The notes beneath the pieces are model-generated. The model ran no database searches. It was not told where the DNA came from and was given only the letters and a program-made list of their open reading frames with translations. Shown one piece after another: positions 59,354-64,000 of a stretch of DNA of 64,000 nucleotides. This stretch comes from Candidatus Freyarchaeum deiterrae. Its GTDB lineage: Archaea > Asgardarchaeota > Jordiarchaeia > Jordiarchaeales > Jordiarchaeaceae. The position numbers were made by a program, and so were the translations under genes. The DNA lies in NCBI GenBank assembly GCA_037305845.1, contig CP147778.1, positions 2,464,001 through 2,528,000 of the forward strand, written 5' to 3'. How positions within the stretch are numbered: position 1 is the stretch's first letter; every line of letters starts with the position of its first letter.

Positions 59354-60677
59354 CCTCCTCGTAGGATTTCCCCTCGGTGGCGTTCATCGAAATTTGAATA
59401 GGTAGAAGTTCAGATACTTCCTTCGAATTATACTTCTCCGTGTATTTCCTTCTCCTAATGAGATTGTATTCAATTTCGCCTCTTTTCTCGGTGTTCACCT
59501 GTCTTATTATCCGCGTCATATCTCCCCCTGTTCCAACAAAGAAAAGGCAAGCACCCCAAAGCCCGCAGCTCTTAGCGTCTATCATCCTCTGACACTTAAC
59601 TCTCGCCTCCGTTAGTTTCTTCTCCAAGCCTGGTTGCATAAGAAGACTTCCATCCCGACTCATGGACAACATAGTGATTAGGGAGGCCGGGTCATTCTTC
59701 TTGAATTTGTTAGACGCCAATCCCTCAATATTGCGTTTTAGTTCTTTTTCGGCTGTTCTAAATTCCTTATCCAGATTAAAAACAGGTCGCAAAAGGAGTA
59801 CGTAACCGGCACTCTCCTTCTCGAAATCCACGCCGCTCAAAACTCTTTCTAAGATTGGTTTCGTCTCTGTACTAAGAACTAATTCGTTAACACTGAGCTG
59901 ATCCAAATACTGTTTATCCAGTTTTTCAATATGATTACCATCACTTGCTAGCAGTGGTGAATATAAGCAGCGTTCAATCTCCAACTCATCAACTATTAAC
60001 CTCGTATCGTAACCCTCTTTTTCCAGTATAGCTCTGAAGAGGCTCATTTTTTTCCTCACCTGCTCCACCGCCTCACCGAAATTCCTGGAAGTCTCCCAAA
60101 CTGAGACAAAAGTGTACAACGCTTCATCCATCCTATAAGTTTCGAAGCTGAGATTGATTTTTTCCTTCCAGGCGGATAACAAAACCGAAACCCCGGTGCC
60201 ACTACCCTTTACTTCGGTGAATTGCAACACTTGGAAACCCTTTCTGCCACTTCTGAAGACTACACAATCATCCAAAATAGCGTCAGGCACAACGTAACGG
60301 GGAAATTTGCCCCTGACCCAGAGCAGAGGGATATCTCCTGAGTTGCGTCTTATTAATATTAAAACTACTAACGTTGCTGCCTCAACAGCGATAGTTATTA
60401 TGGCAGGAATTCCATGACTCAACCCTAGTCCAATAAAACCAATGCACATATTGACGGTTCCCACTCCCAATACGATTAGACTCGACTTACTGAACCGCCT
60501 GTCAAAAACGAACCTGGCTAGAGGATAAAGCACCAAATAAACCGCTAGAATGTAGAGAAGACCGAGAGGGCTGCCATTGAAGCAAGCCGTTATCCCAGTT
60601 TCTATTAATCTAATGAGGAAAGCAATTCCTACTGCCAACGCGAATATTATGGCTATATAATAGATTTCTTTAAACAT
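59337..60677 (-). CDS. Hypothetical protein: four N-terminal TM helices plus a soluble domain
   Basis: Hydrophobic aa 5-110; overlaps both neighbouring genes. Confidence 0.75.
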   Translation of the reverse strand: MFKEIYYIAIIFALAVGIAFLIRLIETGITACFNGSPLGLLYILAVYLVLYPLARFVFDRRFSKSSLIVLGVGTVNMCIGFIGLGLSHGIPAIITIAVEAATLVVLILIRRNSGDIPLLWVRGKFPRYVVPDAILDDCVVFRSGRKGFQVLQFTEVKGSGTGVSVLLSAWKEKINLSFETYRMDEALYTFVSVWETSRNFGEAVEQVRKKMSLFRAILEKEGYDTRLIVDELEIERCLYSPLLASDGNHIEKLDKQYLDQLSVNELVLSTETKPILERVLSGVDFEKESAGYVLLLRPVFNLDKEFRTAEKELKRNIEGLASNKFKKNDPASLITMLSMSRDGSLLMQPGLEKKLTEARVKCQRMIDAKSCGLWGACLFFVGTGGDMTRIIRQVNTEKRGEIEYNLIRRRKYTEKYNSKEVSELLPIQISMNATEGKSYEEDAKFD

Positions 60678-61393
60678 TTTTCACCAACCTTCCTTAATTT
60701 TTCCTGAAGTTCTGAATCAACAGAACTTATTCCTCCATTTGTAATCTGGTAGTAGACCCTACCACTCAGGTCACGGTAATGGCTGATAATTTCCGCCTCC
60801 ATGACTGGCTTCACAGGAAGCCCTGAAAGATGTAGTGTTATCTGGCAAAACTTGTTCAAACCCCCACCGGCTGCAGGAACCGTTTTACCCTCTTCTCCGT
60901 CTTCTACCTTAGAAACCACCTGGTTCAGTACAAGTACTGCTATGTCTCGCCTCCTCCTGCATAAACCCAGCATTTCAGGCAACTGTTTCTCCACAACATC
61001 TCGGTATCGGGAAAAACTAGTTTCAGGAGAGAGCCCCTCGCGGTACTGGGAGGCAATCGTGTCTACCACTATAAGTCTAGTTCTATTCGAGACATAAGCA
61101 TCCAGAACGCTGATTATCTCCGTTTGTTCGTCCAAACTCTTAGGAACAATTAGCGTTAATCTCTCCAGCGAATTCTCATCTTGGAAGAGTTGAGAGAACC
61201 TTTGGAAAGAGAACCTGTTATCACAGTCGATGTAAAGTGTTTGATAGCCTTCCTCGGATAGGTGGCCCGCCGCCTGCATGGCTATCGTAGTCTTACCCGT
61301 GGCAGCCTCCCCGTAGATGTGGGTAATTATCCCGGTTGGTATACCTCCTCCAATTAAATCGTCTATTGGACTATGCGTTCTGACACAAGACAC
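60653..61393 (-). CDS. RadB-like RecA-family ATPase
   Basis: IDDLIGGGIP.G.IT.IYGE.ATGKT, YID, LIVVDTI and VLNQV motifs; GTG 61393 follows a GGGGTGA SD. Confidence 0.85.
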   Translation of the reverse strand: MSCVRTHSPIDDLIGGGIPTGIITHIYGEAATGKTTIAMQAAGHLSEEGYQTLYIDCDNRFSFQRFSQLFQDENSLERLTLIVPKSLDEQTEIISVLDAYVSNRTRLIVVDTIASQYREGLSPETSFSRYRDVVEKQLPEMLGLCRRRRDIAVLVLNQVVSKVEDGEEGKTVPAAGGGLNKFCQITLHLSGLPVKPVMEAEIISHYRDLSGRVYYQITNGGISSVDSELQEKLRKVGEKCLKKSII

Positions 61394-61406
61394 TTCATAT
61401 TCACCC

Positions 61407-61826
61407 CTAAAGGTAAGTGAATTCAACACCACCACTTCTCCTAACCAGCATTCCCTCACTCTCCATGTAATCCAACCTCTTGAGCACCCAATCTTTAGCT
61501 AATCCTATTTTTTCAGCGTTTCTTACTATGTCTTGAACTGGAATCACTTTACTTTCCCGAAGGCTCTGGATAACGCTCTCCAATTTCTCGGTCTTGGTAT
61601 CCATTCCCAATGCATTGTACCTCTCCCCCATCTTCTCAGCCTGCCTCCTCTGAACAAGTTTCGCCCCTGTTTTCCAAGAGTCGACGATATCCCCATGTAA
61701 CCGCTGCGGGTTCAATTTCTCCCCGCATCTCGGGCAGGAAGGCTTCTTGCTGAGGGCGGCTGCAAAGTATTGTTTACATGACGGGCACTCTGCCACCATG
61801 TACTCCCTTTTTCCCATATTTCTCAA
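61407..61826 (-). CDS. Zinc-ribbon plus winged-helix protein (DUF1922/DUF5817-like)
   Basis: CPSC...CPRCG followed by a C-terminal wHTH (LKRLDYMESEGML). Confidence 0.7.
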   Translation of the reverse strand: MRNMGKREYMVAECPSCKQYFAAALSKKPSCPRCGEKLNPQRLHGDIVDSWKTGAKLVQRRQAEKMGERYNALGMDTKTEKLESVIQSLRESKVIPVQDIVRNAEKIGLAKDWVLKRLDYMESEGMLVRRSGGVEFTYL

Positions 61827-63985
61827 CTCCAGGTTTCGAGGTCTTTCTCTTTTCTACGATTCTTAATGCGTTCCTCCAAACTATTTCCCACCCTAGTCGC
61901 GGTTTTCGCCCCCTCCATATTCGCTATCTCCGTGACACAGTGTATCATCCAGTTTAGAGTATCAATGACCGATTCTAGGTCTCCCTGAGGAATCGCATAG
62001 AGAGAGCTAACCTGCCTGATACTCTTACCCTTAAGATAATCCAAAACCGCCACCGACATAAATTGAGGCTGCGGTCTACCATACTCCGACTCCACCGCGC
62101 TTAGAACCAAATTCAATAAACCAAGTTCATCATCAACGTTACCGTGAATCATGCTTCGAATTAGTATACCAGTAGCTGGCTTGAGATAGAGCCTTGTAAC
62201 CTGTTTCCCAAACCCTGTGGCAGTAAAAGTGTTCATTGTGGTTTCAGCAACTAATCCATTATCCCTCAGCTTTTTCAGCACATTCTCAGCGTTAAGGCAG
62301 CGTGACACTAAGCCCTTGTAGACTGGATAATTCCGCTCCACAACCTGGGCCAGCTTAACCAGATGCCTGCACAATCCTTCCCGATTTTCTCCCTGATAAG
62401 AACAAGTGCAGAGAGGACCTTGCTCCTCATGAAAACTGCAAACATTGACAACGGGATCCGTAACAGTAGCCTCAACTCTCTTAGAGAGTAATTGTAATCT
62501 CAAATCCTCGTCACGAATTCTCTCAGCGCCACTCAATTCACATGTTTCAGCAAGGCATTTCACAGAGTCAGATATGTTTGCCGAGCCCAACCTAACCAGC
62601 CTCTCAAGGCTTGGTTGTGAATTATTAGATTTCTCCTTCCTCCACCAAAAAGTTTTTTCAAAAAAGTTCAAGATATCCTTTTCATTCGCCGCCCCGCTCT
62701 CAAATATTCTGAGAAGGGTTTGCTCCTCAAGATTCTGAGGTGAACCGATGGAACTTTCCACGGGATTGTACCGAGGCACTAATTCCCCATCCCTGACATC
62801 AAAGTATTTCTCCAGAACCATAAAACGGTCCGAATCAGAAGAGCAGAGTACTACACCATAGCCCACGCTGTCAAACTCCGGTCTACCCGCTCTCCCCAAT
62901 ATCTGATGAAACTGATTCGCATTAATCCCATCAATCTCAAACTCACCAGTAGCCATCTCTACGCGATTAAACACTTGAAAATCCCTTAGAATCACTAACC
63001 GGGCAGGAGTGTCAATACCCGCAGACAGAGTAGTGGTGCAGCATACAACCTTGAGAAAACCGTTTCGAAATGCGTCCTCCACCAATTCCCTAGAACCATG
63101 ATTCAAACCCGCATGGTGAAAACCCACACCCTGCCTCATCAACTCAATCAAACGTTTAGAATAATTCTTACCCTCAACGAACCTAGCTGAGAGCGTCTCC
63201 CTCTCATCACCAGATAACTGAGGCTCAACCGACTTAACCAATTTACGAGCCAGACTCTCCGCGTCCCTCCTATGCGCAACAAAAACAAGAGCCTGACCGC
63301 CATTCTGAACTGTTGAGGAAACCAATTTCCTTATAGCCCCCAGTTTATCAGCCTCCACCAAGATATAGTTTTTTAAAGGCACGGGTCTGGTGTCTGACTC
63401 GATTAACTTTAAATTCAACCAATCCGCGAACTCACCAGCATTGGCAATGGTTGCACTCAATCCAATGAGCTGCACCCGCAGCTTCTCCCTTATTCTAATA
63501 AGTGCACTCTCCAGCCTCCCCCCTCTCTCGCCCTCACCCATAGCGTGTATCTCGTCCACCACAATAACCCTTATATCGTAGAGCCAATCGGGATTCAAAC
63601 GCAGAAGTGAATCAAACCTCTCAATTGTTGTGATCAGTATATTCGCTTCCTCCAAAATATCGGGAGTATAATGGAAATCGCCGGTGGATATCCTAATCTT
63701 CAAATTCAGGCTGCGGTACTTTCTCAGGAATATACCAAATTTCTCCCGGGCGAGAGCTTTCAGGGGAACCATGTAAACCGCCTTCCCGCCTTCCAGAACC
63801 CATTTCAAAATAGCAAGCTCTCCCACCAGGGTTTTACCACTAGCTGACGGAGAACAAACCAGAAGATCAGCGCCCTCGAATAATCCACCCTGAATTGCAA
63901 GTATTTGAACGGCGCGCAAATAGTTTATCCCCTGCTGTTCCAGAATCTCCCGGATTTGGGCAGGCATCTTCTCCTCCAAGTTCAA
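61823..63985 (-). CDS. Ski2/Hel308-like SF2 helicase with inserted SWIM zinc finger
   Basis: SPSASGKT, VPLKALA, DEIH, SAT, HHAGL, TTTLSAG.D.PA and QILGRAGRP motifs; CTC-x10-CRH. Confidence 0.9.
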   Translation of the reverse strand: MNLEEKMPAQIREILEQQGINYLRAVQILAIQGGLFEGADLLVCSPSASGKTLVGELAILKWVLEGGKAVYMVPLKALAREKFGIFLRKYRSLNLKIRISTGDFHYTPDILEEANILITTIERFDSLLRLNPDWLYDIRVIVVDEIHAMGEGERGGRLESALIRIREKLRVQLIGLSATIANAGEFADWLNLKLIESDTRPVPLKNYILVEADKLGAIRKLVSSTVQNGGQALVFVAHRRDAESLARKLVKSVEPQLSGDERETLSARFVEGKNYSKRLIELMRQGVGFHHAGLNHGSRELVEDAFRNGFLKVVCCTTTLSAGIDTPARLVILRDFQVFNRVEMATGEFEIDGINANQFHQILGRAGRPEFDSVGYGVVLCSSDSDRFMVLEKYFDVRDGELVPRYNPVESSIGSPQNLEEQTLLRIFESGAANEKDILNFFEKTFWWRKEKSNNSQPSLERLVRLGSANISDSVKCLAETCELSGAERIRDEDLRLQLLSKRVEATVTDPVVNVCSFHEEQGPLCTCSYQGENREGLCRHLVKLAQVVERNYPVYKGLVSRCLNAENVLKKLRDNGLVAETTMNTFTATGFGKQVTRLYLKPATGILIRSMIHGNVDDELGLLNLVLSAVESEYGRPQPQFMSVAVLDYLKGKSIRQVSSLYAIPQGDLESVIDTLNWMIHCVTEIANMEGAKTATRVGNSLEERIKNRRKEKDLETWS

Positions 63986-64000
63986 GAAGGTTCCCAGACT

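Overview
This 64 kb window is archaeal chromosomal DNA, most likely from an Asgard archaeon. That is inferred from a gelsolin-domain protein, a roadblock/MglA-like GTPase/DENN-like cluster, tetraether synthase and an A/V-type ATPase; the lineage cannot be fixed from sequence alone. The first third holds the end of an Mrp/Mbh-type antiporter operon and a scrambled A/V-ATPase cluster (atpZ-C-K, E-H inverted, I) interrupted by a ~2,090-aa repetitive surface protein. Also present are a MoxR/VWA pair, trmI, a frameshifted amrS, pyrF, a hydrogenase protease, a beta-helix surface protein, ino1, a CdrS-like RHH regulator, tes, SAMP/E1 genes, a solo tnpB, FrhB-like, GH15, ADP-ribosylglycohydrolase and MgtA genes. 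The window ends in a ~10 kb tightly packed minus-strand cluster joining DNA-processing enzymes (SWIM-Hel308-like helicase, RadB-like ATPase, FEN1 paralog) to a small-GTPase module. The main result is a 34-nt insert (30680-30713) in the FadH-type 2,4-dienoyl-CoA reductase gene. It folds into a canonical bulge-helix-bulge motif, and cutting at the standard splicing-endonuclease positions restores the reading frame exactly. This makes it a candidate tRNA-type intron in a metabolic mRNA. No rRNA, tRNA or CRISPR array was recognised.
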